Shown one piece after another: positions 1-14,869 of a stretch of 64,000 bases of DNA. The DNA comes from the human T2T-CHM13v2.0 reference genome, Homo sapiens: assembly GCF_009914755.1 (NCBI RefSeq), contig NC_060932.1; one strand, 5' to 3'. The position numbers and the translations under genes are program-made. The stretch's first letter is position 1, and each line of letters begins with the position of its first letter. Under the pieces are notes generated by a model. It had not been told where the DNA came from. It saw only the letters and a list, made by a program, of their open reading frames with translations, and did no database searches.

Positions 1-78
1 TGGAAAGAGTCAAACTTTATCTGCACTCTGTCTGGGTCCTAGGCTCCACACCTGGTACATAATTAAAATTGCTTACTA

Positions 79-381
<303 letters not shown>

Positions 382-1566
382 TTAGATGGTATTGTCTATA
401 AGGTTTCTTTTAAGCAGTTTGAAGTTAACATTACTAAATTAATGAAATTAATGCAAGGGTAAAATTTGGCTTTGAACAGGATTTTCATGTAATAGTAAAG
501 GCTAATGAAAGGTTTTTGCCTTTTGAGTCATCATTTTGGCAAAACGAATAATTTATGGCAGTTTGGAATTCGATTTCATCATCCCAAAATCAAACTCCAA
601 GTTTCAAAATTGTTTTTCCTGATTCCTGGCTTTCTGGATGGCTCAGAGGGCCTCTGAAACATCTAGAGAAGAGGTGAACAGGATTATTTGACATGTTTAG
701 TTACATGGGATTGCTAAAATGATTGCTAAAAATCTTCTTTAGGTTATATTTTGGTGAATAATACTGATATATTTTCTAAAATTGTATGGGGTTTGTAAAA
801 TTCTAATGTCTGAATATATGCTATCAATCATAATTAAGGGTAAAGTTATTGTAAGCCGCAGAGATAAATGAACTCCTTTGTCTGTCATGTTTTTAACTGT
901 ATCTATCCTGGAAATTTTGTTTACAGATAATTGTTGTCTTGCTTGGTTCCTTCTCAAAAGATGGGTTATAATCAAGCTATATTAAGGACTTTACTAGGTA
1001 TTCTCAACTGCGAGTTTTTAATAGCTTTGAAGATTGTAACATTGAAATAGATAAAGAATGTATGGGACTCATGAAGAACTGAAATGTTCATGTATGTCAA
1101 GCAAAACAAGAGTTAACTAAATGGACTGCACTCAGAAAGTTAAAGCAACCTTTTTGACTTTTGCTTGAAATATTGCTGATCCTTGTTTCATTTTTGAGTT
1201 GAGAAAACTTATTTTGAACTATTTATGGCCTTTAATAACTGAGTAAGGCATACTCCTGTGAACAAAATTTGGAGCATGTTTGTTTCTCTCTGCCTGGTTC
1301 CTCTAGAATTTTGAAACTATATGTAAATATGCTTAACTTATGGCAATATAGTTGTTTGCAGCAATGTAATAGGAATCCATTTTTTTTCCCCAAGAGGACA
1401 CAATTGTAAAAACTGGTTATTTCATCAAGGCTTTGACTGGAAGTGTATGCTTCCCTTTAAGGAGTCAATCTCAACTTGCAGAGCCAATAAAAGCCCTATA
1501 GAGAGAACTGGCCTCATACCTTGCCTACACAGTCCCTGCACAGGGTTTCTAACCTGTGGTCAGTAA

Positions 1567-1902
<336 letters not shown>

Positions 1903-2649
1903 TAACAGGTCCAGGAGCTCCCAATTTATCTTGGGACCTTAAGAGAAAAGGATCACCCAACTCACAGGTATTTGAGGATACAAACCCATGGCTGAGCTCA
2001 GCTTTAAAAGGTCTTATTTGAGATTCCTTGTGGAAAGGAGCTCCATCAAAGCCAATCAACAAGGCCTATGTTAAAATAAACATTCTTGCTGCACTTTATG
2101 CAAATAATCAGGCCAATTATAAGGCTAAAGTTTATTCTACAAATAACATGGTCCTATCATAACTTGTTTTAACCAAAAGGTAGGACTGGAGAGAGAAATT
2201 ATGTTCCAAAGCTTATTATACATTTGTCATGAAATCCTAGTCTTATTAATTGTTTTTAAGATTTTGGCCTACATTTTAGACTAACCCTGCTTATTCCTGT
2301 GAATCAAGTGGTGATCTTCTGCAGCTTGAAAGAAACAAAAAGGAATGGGTAATGTAAAAATCTGAATCAATATGCTACTTCTGGGCAATTATCCTGCAAA
2401 TTCTGCCAGGTAATAAAAGTGAGTAGGATTCACATAACCTAGAGGTTTCTTGGGGAAAATAAAGCCAAGGAACTTCATAGAACCACAAAGGGAAATTCTG
2501 TATGTTGGCAGATAAATTTTAGATGTAAATAATCTACTACATCACCCTTAAAGGAATTGCTGTACTCATTCTACTATTTGCAGTAGAGCTATACATGGTA
2601 GCATCTTCTAACTGAAATATTGGACGGAGAGTTTCCATTGCTGTAGTAT

Positions 2650-3227
2650 TGAGAGTTGAAGCCAGCTGGACTTCCTAGGTCGAGTGGGGACTTGGAGAAC
2701 ATTTCTGTCTAGCTAAAGGATTGTAAATGCCCCAATCAGCACTCTGTAAAAACACACCAATCAGCCCTCTGTGTCCAGCTAAAGGATTGTAAACACACCA
2801 ATCAGCACTCTGTAAAATGGGCCAATCAGCACTCTGTAAAATGGACCACTCAGCAGGATGTGGGTGGGGACAAATAAAGGAAAAAATGCTGGCCACCCCA
2901 GCCAGTGGCGGCAACCTGCTTGGGTCCCCTTCCATGCTGTGGAAGCTTTGTTCTTTTTCTCTTCACAATAAATCTTGCTGCTGCTCACTCTTTGGGTTTG
3001 CAACACCTTTAAGAGCTGTAACACTCACCACAAAGGTCCGTGGCTTCATTCTTGAAATCAGCAAGACCACGAACCCATGAGAATGAAGAAACTCCGGACA
3101 CATCTGAAGGAAAAAACTCTGGACATACCATCTTTAAGAGCTGTAACACTCACCGCGAAGGTCTGCAGCTTCATTCTTGAAGTCAGCGAGACCAAGAACC
3201 CACCTGAAAGAACCAACTCCAGACACA
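2650..3227 (+). promoter_or_regulatory. HERV9 5' LTR (LTR12 family)
   Basis: Starts tgagagttgaagccagctgg; tandem CCAATCAGC units (NF-Y-type boxes); AATAAA at ~2967; ends agacaca. Confidence 0.92.
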
Positions 3228-3230
3228 TCT

Positions 3231-3272
3231 TGGTGACCCAGATGGGACACATCTTGGTGACCATGAAGGGAC
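3231..3272 (+). other. Two tandem primer-binding sites (tRNA-Arg-CCG-like, then tRNA-Arg-TCG-like)
   Basis: tggtgacccagatgggac (3231-3248) and tggtgaccatgaagggac (3255-3272), each complementary to a tRNA-Arg 3' end apart from CpG decay. Confidence 0.8.
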
Positions 3273-4310
3273 AATTGCCAAGTGGTGAGTACCATTGGAC
3301 CCCTTTTGCTTGCTATTTTGTCCTATTTTCCTTTTGGTATTTAGTCCTTAGAATTCGGGGGCTAAATACCGGGCACTTGTCACCAGTTAAAAGCAACTAG
3401 CATGGCCACTGGACTAAAGATACGGGTGTCAGGCTTTCTGGGAAAGGGCTTTCTAACAACCCCCAACTCTTTGGAGTTGGGAGGGCTGGTTTGCCTGGAA
3501 CCAGCTTCTGCTTTTCCTGCATTTCTGGGCTGAGCTGAGGGTCGACAGAGAGGAAAGCCATTCAGCTCTGGGGTCCCAACAAAAAGTTGGTTGACCCTGT
3601 AGCCATGAGCAGAACTCTCCAAGTCACGTCGCCCAAGCGAGATTCGCTTATCTATCCTATCTATCCTGACCCTTGCCTTCTGGGTCCTAATGCCTGTGAG
3701 ACAAACTTCCTCTCACCTCTCTTCTCTGAGGCTAGTCCCACTTCTAAAAACCACTCCTTGTCTCTGGTGCTTTTCTAGTTTCTCCTATAAGAATGATTTC
3801 TGGTATAAACTTCAGGACTCTGTTCCCTTCTTTAGGCACCTGGGCTCACCAATCAGAAAGACATAATTTTTGCCCAAAGCCCCATTGGGTGGGGAGACCA
3901 ACTGTCTTCTTAGGATCCCTCCTCAGACAAGCAGGCCTAACAAAAGCTATTCCTGAAGCTAGGCTATGGGGAGCCTCAGAAATTATATCCTTCCTATTCA
4001 TGTAAGTGAAGACAAAAGGCGTCACTCTTCCAACCCTGGAAATCCCTTCCCTCCCTCAGGGTATGGCCCTCCACTTCACTTTTGGGGCATAACATCTTTA
4101 TAGGATGGGCTAAGTTCCCAATACTAACAGGAGAATGCTTAGGACTCTAACAGGTTTTTGATAATGTTTTGGTAAGAGAAACTAAATCTGATTTTTTTTG
4201 GTCCTCTTTGTGGTCTAGGAGGACAGGCAAGGGTGCAGGTTTTCAAGAATGTGTTGGTAAGGGCCACTAAATCTGACCTTCCTCAGTCCTCTGTGGTCTA
4301 AGAGGAAAAC

Positions 4311-4541
4311 TAGGGTTTCTGCTGCTGCATCAGTGAGCGCAATTATTGTGATCAGCAGGCTCCAGGGACCATTGCAGGTTCTTGGGCAAGAGGGGTTTCT
4401 GCTGCTGCATCGGTGAGTGCAACTATTCTGATCAGCAGGGTCCAGGGATTGTTGTGGGTTCTTGGGCAAGCAGGGCTTCTGCTGCTGCATTGGTGAGCAC
4501 AACTATTCCAATCAGCAGGGTCCAGGGACCATTGTAGGTTA
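4311..4541 (+). repeat. 80-bp tandem repeat (~3 copies) in the HERV9 leader
   Basis: gggtttctgctgctgcat recurs at ~4313, ~4393 and ~4473. Confidence 0.85.
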
Positions 4542-4600
4542 TTGGGGGGGGGAGGGGGGCGGACAAACAAACCAAAACTGGGGGCAGTTTTTTCTTTCAG

Positions 4601-5718
4601 ATGGGAAACACTGAGGCATCAACAGGCTCACCCTTGAAATGCATCCTAAGCCATTGGGACCAATTTGATCCACAAACCCTGAAAAAGAAGCAGCTCATTT
4701 TTTTCTGCACTGTGGCCTGGCCCCAATATTCTCTCTGATGGGGAAAAATGGCCACCTGTGGGAAGTACAAATTACAGTACTATCCTGCAGCTTGACCTTT
4801 TCTGTAAGAGGGAAGGCAAATGGAGTGAAATACCTTATGTCCAAGCTTTCTTTTCATTGAAGGAGTATCCATAACTATGCAAAGCTTGCAATTTACATCC
4901 CACAAGAGGACTTCTTAGCTTACCCTCATATCCTAGCCTCCCTATAGTTCCCCTTCCTATTAATGATAAGCCTCCTCTAATCTTCCCCACCCAGAAGGAA
5001 ACAAGCAAAGAAATCTCCAAGGGACCACAAAACCCCCCTGGCTATCTGTTATGTCCCCTTCAAGCTGCAGGGGAGGGGAATTTGGCCCAACCTGGGTACA
5101 TGTCCCCTTCTCCCACTCTGATTTAAAGCAGATCAAGGCAGACCTGGGGAAGTTTTCAGATGATCCTGATAAGTACATAGATGTCCTGCAGGGTGTAGGG
5201 CAAACCTCCGATCTCACTTGGAGACATGTCATGCTATTGTTAGATCAAACCCTGGCCTTTAGTGAAAAGAATGTGGCTTTAGCTGCAGCCTGAGAGTTTG
5301 GAGATGCCTGGTATCTTAGTCAAGTAAATGATAGAATGACAGCTGAAGAAAGGGACAAATTCCCTAGCAGTCAGCAAGTCGTCCCTGGTATGGATCCCCA
5401 CTGGGACCTCGACTCAGATCATGGGGACTGGAATGGCAAACATCTGCTGGCCTGTGTTCTAGAAGGACTAAGGAGAATTAGGAAAAAGCCCATGAATTAT
5501 TCAATCATGTCCACCATAACTCAGGGAAAGGAAGAATATCCTTCTGCCTTCCTTGAGTGGCTACTGGAGGCCTTAAGAAAATATACTCCCCTGTCACTCA
5601 ACTCACTCGAGGGTCATTTGATCCTAAAAGATAAGTTTATTACCAAATCAGCCACAGATATCAGGAGAAAGCTCCAAAAGTGAACCCTGAGCCCTGAACA
5701 AAATCTGGAGGCATTATT
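4601..5718 (+). pseudogene. gag: HERV9 gag remnant (MA/CA), 5' part
   Basis: ATGGGAAAC start; ORF fragments include VHVPFSHSDLKQIKADLGKFSDDP and ITQGKEEYPSAFLEWL; several stops and frameshifts. Confidence 0.88.
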
Positions 5719-5730
5719 ATTATTATTGTT

Positions 5731-5761
<31 letters not shown>

Positions 5762-5764
5762 TTT
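5714..5764. repeat. (TTA)n microsatellite derived from the HERV-W poly(A) tail
   Basis: Run of ttattattatt… directly adjoining the R-region end tgcagttgcaag. Confidence 0.85.
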
Positions 5765-6090
5765 TGCAGTTGCAAGATTTAATAGAGTGAAATAGAGTGA
5801 AAACAGAGCTCCCATACAAAGGGAGGGGACTCAAAGGGGGTTGCCGTTGCCGGCTCAAATGCCTGGGTTTATATCCAATCCTTGTCCCTCCTGCTGTGCT
5901 CTCAGGCAATAGATGATTGGCTATTTCTTTACCTCCTGTTTTTGCCTAATTAGCATTTTAGTGAGCTCTCTGATTGGTTGGGTGGGAGCTAAGTTGCAAG
6001 CCCCATGTTTAAAGGGGGATGCAGTCACCTTCCCAGCTAGGCTTAGGGATTCTTAGTTGGCCTAGGAAATCCAGCTAGTTCTGTCTCTCA
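5765..6090 (-). promoter_or_regulatory. LTR17 U3-R (326 bp, no U5)
   Basis: Minus strand runs TGAGAGACAG…ATTAAATCTTGCAACTGCA into the tail; purine tract just upstream on the minus strand (6093-6103). Confidence 0.88.
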
Positions 6091-6399
6091 GTCCCCCCTC
6101 TCAACAGGAAAATCCAAGTGCTGTTGGGGAGGTTGGCCAAGACCACTCTAACTGCTTCCTGCGGAATTGGGGCATAGTAGGGGTTGTGCAGTTGAGATTT
6201 CCTCAGGAGGGGTGCTTTCGATGTCATTAACATCAGAGCATGGGCTAGCAGGCCAGTCCAAGAGTCCACAGTGGATCTTAGTCATGGACTGCATCTGGGG
6301 CTCCATTTGAAGAACAATTTGTAGTTTTACAGTTTCAATTCTGGAAGAGACAGACTTACCAAAGAGGTTAAAGATACAGGGATTGAAATGTGTGGCCTG

Positions 6400-8950
6400 C
6401 AGTGTAGGGGATTACTTCTTTGGCACACTTCACAGGCCCTGACTATCTGCTTGATAGTTTTGAAAAGGCCTGGTCCAGTAAATAATAATTTAGCCATCTG
6501 ATGGGTACTATCAATGCCTAAATGGAAGGTTTAGTGAAGAGTTTTAAGTAATTTTTATTGGTTAGCTGCAGGCAAAAATATTTTTCCCTCTTTGGTGGCT
6601 AGCCATCTGGAGGGGAGGGAAGTATGTTCTCATGAGGTTCCCTATTCTATTTTTCCAGCTGAGTACTGGGGCTTGGTTTCCCAGAGGGGATTACCCCATA
6701 CTAGGGGTCCTTCTATAAACATTTCTAATGGAGGATCTTGCCTTGCGGCTCTTTTGGCTTCAATATCCGCTTGGCTGTTCCCTTCTATTTCCCTTTCCTT
6801 TCCTTTCTGATGACCCCGACAGTGTAAGACTGCCACCTCTTTAGGTTTCTGTGCAGCCAATAATAATTTCCTAATGGCTTCCTGATGTTTGATAGGTGTT
6901 CCCTTGGAAGTTAGGAATTCCCTTTCTCTCCACATTGCTGCGTGGGCATGGAGGACTAGGTAAGCATACTTAGAGTCTGTATATATATTTACCATTTTCA
7001 TTCTCCTAATTCTAGTGCCCAAGTGAGGGCTATTAGTTTTGCCAGCTGAACACTAGTTCCTGGAGCGAGGGGATTACTTTCAAGTATTCCATTATCACTG
7101 ACCACTGCATACCCCGCTTTTTGAAGTCCTTCTTCTACAAAGGAACTTCCATCAGTACACAAGTTGAGGTCGTGATCAGTCAAGGGAACCTCTAAAAGGT
7201 CCCTTCAAGTGGCGTAGGTTTGAGCAATTACTTGTTGACAGTTACGTTCTATCTTTTCTTCATTGTCTGGAAGAAATGTGGCTGGGTTAAGAGTTGCAAA
7301 AGTGCACAGTCACAGCACTGGCCCTTCAAGTAATAGAGCCTGATATTTAAGTAAACTGTTGTCTGACAGCCACAAGTCTCCATTAGCAGTGAGTATGCCA
7401 TTCACATCATTAGATGTCCACACAGTAAGATCTCTTCCCCGTATTATTTTAACTGCTTCAGATACTAAGACTGCTACTGCCACCACTACCCATAAACAAT
7501 GAGGCCAACCCTTTGTCACTACATCTATTTTCTTACTCAGTTATGCCACAGATTGCAAGCTCATCCTTTGGACCTGTGTAAGGACTCCTAGAGCTATTCC
7601 TGTTTTTTCTGTGACATATAAAGAAAAGTCTTGCCCCGTTGGCAAGCTTAACACTGGGGCTTGGGTTAGGGCTTTCTTTAGGGCCTGGAAAGCTGCTTCT
7701 GCTTCAGGTGTCCATCTTACTAAATGGGTATTGGCTTTCTGAATTTCTTTAATTAGTGTATATAATGGTCTGGCTATTTTGTCCTACCTGGGAATCCATA
7801 TTTGGCAGAAACCTGTTATGCCAAGGAAACTTCTTAGTTGCTTTAGGATTTTGGGATAAGGATAAGCCAGTATAGGTTGGATACATTCCTCACTGAGGGC
7901 CCTGGTGCCTTTGGATAATTTTAGCCCTAAGTATTTAACCTGCTGTGAGCAGAGCTGAGCCTTTGGTTAGGAAACCTGTAGCCACAGGTAGCGAGGAAAT
8001 TTAAGAGCGCTTGGGTGGCTTGATGGCACAAGGTTTCTGAACAGGTGGCTAAAATTAAATCATCCCTGTACCGAAGAACCAGAATGTCCAGGTATGAGAA
8101 TTGGCTCAAGTCTTGGGCTAATGCCTGGCCAAATAGATGGGGCCTATCCTTGAACCCTTGGGGTAAAACAGCCCAGGTGAGTTGAGACATTGGGTTTGAA
8201 GGATCTTTAAAGGCAAACAAGAATTGAGAGTCAGGAGGTCAGGATGCAGAAAAAGGCATCCTTAAGGTCCAGGACTGTAAACAACTCTGCTTCCTCTGGT
8301 ATTTGGGAAAGCAGAGTATAAGGGCTAGGTACAGCTGGGTATAGAGGAACAACAGCCTCATTGATAATCCTGAGATCTTGCACTAATCTCTACTATCCAT
8401 TGGGTTTCTGTACTCCTAAAATTGGAGTATTGCAGGGGCTATTGCATGCTTGGGCTTTTAGGTCCTTAAAAATCTTTTGGAGTCCTTTTTGGGCCTCGGG
8501 TCTGAGGGGGTACTGCCTTTGGTAGGGAAAGGAGGTGGAGTCCTTTAGTTTAACTTGAACAGGATGGGCATTTTTTGCTAGTCCATATTGTCCCTCTGTT
8601 GCCCAGACTTCAGGATTAATTCCTTCGTCAAGCAGGGGACAACAAACAGGTACTCCTTCTCCTATGTTCAGATGTATAATGGCCCCTGCTTTTGCTAGAA
8701 TGTCTCTCCCTAACAAGGGAGGGGGGCTTTTGGGCATAATTAGAAAAGCATGTGAAAAGAGTAAAGTTCCCCAGTCACAACTTAGTGGCTGGGAGAAGTA
8801 TCTAGTGACTGGCTGTCCTAGGACCCCTTGGATAGTGACAGATCTGGAGGACAGTTGTCTGGGACAGAAGAATAAGATTGAGAAGGCCAGTGTCCAGGAG
8901 ACAGTTAACCTCCTGGCCCTCAATGGTCAAGCATACCTGGGGCTCTGTGA
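6400..8950 (-). pseudogene. pol: HERV-W pro-pol remnant (PR, RT, RNase H, start of IN)
   Basis: Motifs LLGRDIL, WAVLPQGFKD, YRDD (degenerate YVDD), TDGSSFVE and IYTDSKYAY; frameshifted; most of IN and env deleted. Confidence 0.88.
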
Positions 8951-9224
8951 GGGTGATGGCATGGGCTGGCGCTTGCCCCAGGCACCCTCAGTCCTGCTGC
9001 TGGATCATCTGGTTAGTGGCTTCTGACTCAGAGGACCTTCATCCCCTGGGGCAATGGGCCTTTCAGTGATTCCCTTGACATAAGGGGCATGGACGAGGGA
9101 GCAGCTTATTTCTACTTGGACAATCTTTTTAAAAGTGTCCTTGTAGACCATACTGGAAGCAAGCCCTATTAGGCATTCGATTTGCCCAGCTTTTTCTTTT
9201 TCCAGAGCCTCTGGAGGCATCATT

Positions 9225-11170
<1,946 letters not shown>

Positions 11171-11329
11171 AATGGGGAGAACAGCAGCATAAGTGGCTGG
11201 CAAAGACAGGGAAAGACCAGCAGAAAGAAAAGAAAGAGACAGAAAGAGAGAGAGAGAGGGAGACAGAGAAAAAGAAGGAGTCAAAGAGAGAGAAAGAGAG
11301 AGATAGAAGTAGTAAAGAAAAAACAGTAT

Positions 11330-11990
11330 ACCCTATTCCTTTAAAAGCCAGGGTAAATTTCTGTCTACAAAGCCAAGGCATATTCTTCTTATATGGAACT
11401 TCAACCTATATCTACCTCTCAGACCGTTTGCAAGAAATAACGAAATCTGTCCTTACTCTACCATCCCAAATAGACTCTTTGGCAGCAGTGACTCTCCAAA
11501 ACCACTGAGGCCTAGACCTCCTTACTGCTGAGAAAGGAGGACTCTGCACCTTCTTAGGGGAAGAGTGTTGTTTTTACGCTAACCAGTCAGGGATAGTAAG
11601 AGATGCCACCCTGCATTTACAGGAAAAGGCTTCTGAAATCAGACAACACCTTTCAAACTCTTATACCAACCTCTGGAGTTGGGTGAAATGACTTCTCCCC
11701 TTTCTAGGTCCTGTGACAGCCATCTTACTATTACTCACCTTTGGGCCCTGTATTTTTAACCTCCTTGTCAAATTTGTTTCCTCTAGGATCGAGGCCATCA
11801 AGCTACAGATGGTCTTACAATGGAACCCCAAATGAGCTCAACTAACAACTTCTGAGGACTCCTGGATTGACCCACTAGCCCTTTGGCTGGCCTAGAGACT
11901 TCCCCTCTGGAGGACTCTACCACTGCAGGGACCCTTCTTTGCCCCTATCCAGCAGGAAGTTGCTAGAGTGGTCATTGCCCAATTCCCAAC
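11330..11990 (+). pseudogene. env: HERV9 env TM remnant
   Basis: [35 protein letters not shown] (immunosuppressive domain plus CX6CC) with an in-frame stop; SU deleted; preceded by an AG-rich tract at ~11160-11320. Confidence 0.88.
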
Positions 11991-12022
11991 AGCAGTTGGC
12001 ATGTCCTGTTTAGAGGGGTGAT

Positions 12023-12577
12023 TGATAGTTGAAGCCAGCAAGACTTCCTGGGTCGAGTGGGGACTTGGAGAACTTTTCTGTCTAGCTAAAGGATTGTAAA
12101 TGCACCAATCAGCACTCTGTGTCTAGCTAAAGGATTGTAAACACACCAATCAGCACTCTGTAAAATGGACCAATCAGCAATCTGTAAAATGGACCAATCA
12201 GCAGGACATGGGTGGGAACAAATAAGGGATAAAAGCTGGCCACCCCAGCCAGCAGTGGCAACATGCTCAGGTCCCCTTCCATGCTGCGGAAGCTTTGTTC
12301 TTTCAGTCTTCACAATAAATCTTGCTGCTGCTCACTCTTTGGGTCCACACCACCTTTAAGAGCTGTAACACTCACCACAAAGGTGTGCAGCTTCATTTTT
12401 GAAGTCAGCAAGATCACGAACCCACCAGAAGGAAGAAACTCTGGACACATCTGAAGGAACAAACTCTAGACACACCATCTTTAAGAGCTGTAACAGTCAC
12501 TGCAAAGGTCTGTGGCTTCATTCTTGAAGTCAGTGAGTCCAAGAGCCCAACTGCAGAAGGAACCAACTCCAGACACA
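12023..12577 (+). promoter_or_regulatory. HERV9 3' LTR (LTR12 family)
   Basis: Homologous to 2650-3227; four CCAATCAGC boxes and a GATAAAA TATA-like element at ~12228. Confidence 0.92.
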
Positions 12578-13712
12578 GTATTTTGCTTAATTATTATTCT
12601 TATAACTGTGATAATAGTTACCAACAAAGAGGAAGCATGAAAGTTTTACTATCACTTAGTCTGCAAGGACTTTTTATTGGATTTAATGATTACATCACAC
12701 CCTTTAGCTCCTACAGTATCAGCCATGGCCCATTTGTACAACAAGACTAATTGCTGGGTCTGTACCGAGTGGTTTCCTCAGTTCAGTAACACTAAGGAAC
12801 CTGCACTATAGCAGCAATATTCCCCAAACTATTATTTTTAAATTCCACTGACATGGCTGCATCATCTGGGGACATTCCTAACCTAGGTTCCTTTTTAGGA
12901 AGTGCACCATCTCAGACATGCTGAACAAAGAGATCTATCATTTCCATACTCTTATATGGAAATTTAACTGAAAGAGAAGATTGGGGAGGGCATCCACATG
13001 ACAGTCCCATCTTAGAAAGACTATGGATGGGGAATTCTATAACCAGAGGCCTCTTTTGGTTTGCTGGTATACCTCTCCTTGAAAGGTCAGTACTTTTCTA
13101 TTATGATGCAATCTGGGTGGAAGACAACAGTAGGAGTCATAGAAGCACAAAATCAATCCATAGACTCTTTAGGCTCAGTAGTAGCACAGAATAGATGGGC
13201 CCTGGATGTCCTTACAGCTGAGGTAGGTGGTACATGTGGAGTCTTACATGAAACATGCTGCTTCTGGATCAACACCTCTAGTCAAGTTGAAGAAAACCTA
13301 CAGGTGCTTAAAGATCAAGTGAAAATCATTGACAGATTAAGAGAAAATGCAGGCTCCAGTCCTGGATGGCTACAGTCCCTCTTTAATAAATCCCAGTCTT
13401 CATTGTGGAACTGGTTAGCTCCATTGTTAAGCCCCCTCTTGCTCATAAATTTTATATTAATGTTTGGACCTTGTCTACTCAATACTATAACTTGAATTGT
13501 TTCCTCTTGCCTAGAAGCAATGACACTAAATGGTGCTGCAGACTGAGCCACACATGGACACACCTTTCTTCCAAGGACCCTTACATCAACTCCAGAAGGA
13601 GCCCTAGCTGCTATTCCCCACACAATGCCCCTTTTCAGCAGGAAGTAGCCAGAAAGAGTCATCACCAAATACCCACTAACTGCAGTTAGGGTTACCACTC
13701 CAGAGGGGAGAA
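12578..13712 (+). mobile_element. Old ERV1 internal region, right part (env remnant and PPT)
   Basis: Continues the sequence interrupted at 2649; PPT agaggggagaa at ~13702-13712. Confidence 0.75.
13061..13495 (+). pseudogene. env: Gamma-type env TM subunit remnant (open frame; first ATG at 13103)
   Basis: AQNRWALDVLTAEVGGTCGVLHETCCFW (ISD plus CX6CC), Trp-rich region and a hydrophobic TM segment LAPLLSPLLLINFILMFGPC. Confidence 0.85.
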
Positions 13713-14260
13713 TGGTATAGGAGCTAAGAAGGAATTACTTAGGCAGATAGCAAAGGCATGGGAGTCCTTGGTAAGGCTTTTCTTTTAAATGAAAAACAGC
13801 CCCAAGTCATTTTCTAAGAAAGAGCAGCCTGCAAACTGGGAGCTTGTGCAGGTGAATGCCAGCAGGAACTAAGGACTGGGCATTTTGAAAATGGCGGCTC
13901 CATCTTCCCTTCTCTGCCAGCCACTTGTACTGTAAAGGAGCAGACAAGATGGCACTGATCAACTGGAAAGCCTGTTTGCATAAGAAAATTAGGGTGGGGC
14001 AACAAGCCTTCCCCACGCACTATGTAGACGTCATACCTGATTGAACCAATCTGTAAGCCCTATGTAAATCAGACACTGCCTTTTCCAGCCTGCCTATAAA
14101 ATCTGCTGCAGTCTGTTGCCTCCCCCTTTTTTTGGATGTCTGTCTCTCTTTTGCGAAGAGCTGCTCTTCTCTCTCCTTTCTTCTATTAAACATTCCACTC
14201 CTCAACCCACCTACATGTGTCTGTGTCCTCAATTCTGTCTTGGCATGCAACAACAAATCC
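13713..14260 (+). mobile_element. ERV1 3' LTR (LTR9-like), 3'-truncated
   Basis: Begins TG right after the PPT; CCAAT at ~14046, TATAAA at ~14095, ATTAAA at ~14185; runs into L1 sequence without a terminal CA or TSD. Confidence 0.6.
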
Positions 14261-14869
14261 ATCTGTCCTGGACTTTTTTTTTTTAAATTACCATTTTAAT
14301 CACACTGCTTGTTATTGGTCTGTTCAGAGTTTCTATTTTGCTGAGACCAGCTCAGTCGGGGAGACCCAAACCCAGTGGCACTAGAAGAATTAAAGGCACA
14401 CACACAGAAATATAGAGATGTGAAGTGGGAAATCAGGGGTCTCACAGCCTTCAGAGCTGAGAGCTCTGAACAGAGATTTACCCACATATTTATTAACAGC
14501 AAACCAGTCATTAGCATTGTTTCTATAGATATTAAATTAACTAATAGTATCCCTTATGGGAAATGAAGGGATGCGCCAAAATAAAGGAATAGGTTGGGCT
14601 AGTTAACTGCAGCAGGAGCATGTCCTTAAGGCACAGATTGCTCATGCTATTGTTTGTGGCTTAAGAATGGCTTTAAGCAGTTTTCTGCCCTGGGTGGGCC
14701 AGGTGTTCCTTGCCCTCATTCCCGTAAACCCACAACCTTCCAGCATGGGCGTTATGGCCATCACGAACATGTCACAGTGCTGCAGAAATTTTGTTTATGA
14801 CCAGTTTTGGGGCCAGTTTATGGCCAGATTTTGGGAGGCTTTTTCCCAACATGTCCCCCTTCTTTGATT

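Larger units (their letters stand above)
5719..9209 (-). mobile_element. HERV-W (HERV17) processed pseudogene, 5'-truncated, L1-mediated
   Basis: On the minus strand: gag 3' end, pro, pol, env 3' end, PPT, U3-R only (no U5), then an A-rich tail. TSD tctggaggcat(t/c)att at 5704-5718 and 9210-9224. Confidence 0.9.

Noticed and set aside
6100-6390. Syncytin-like env gene
   Set aside because: Only the env 3' tail of a deleted HERV-W retrocopy remains; no SU or fusion peptide.
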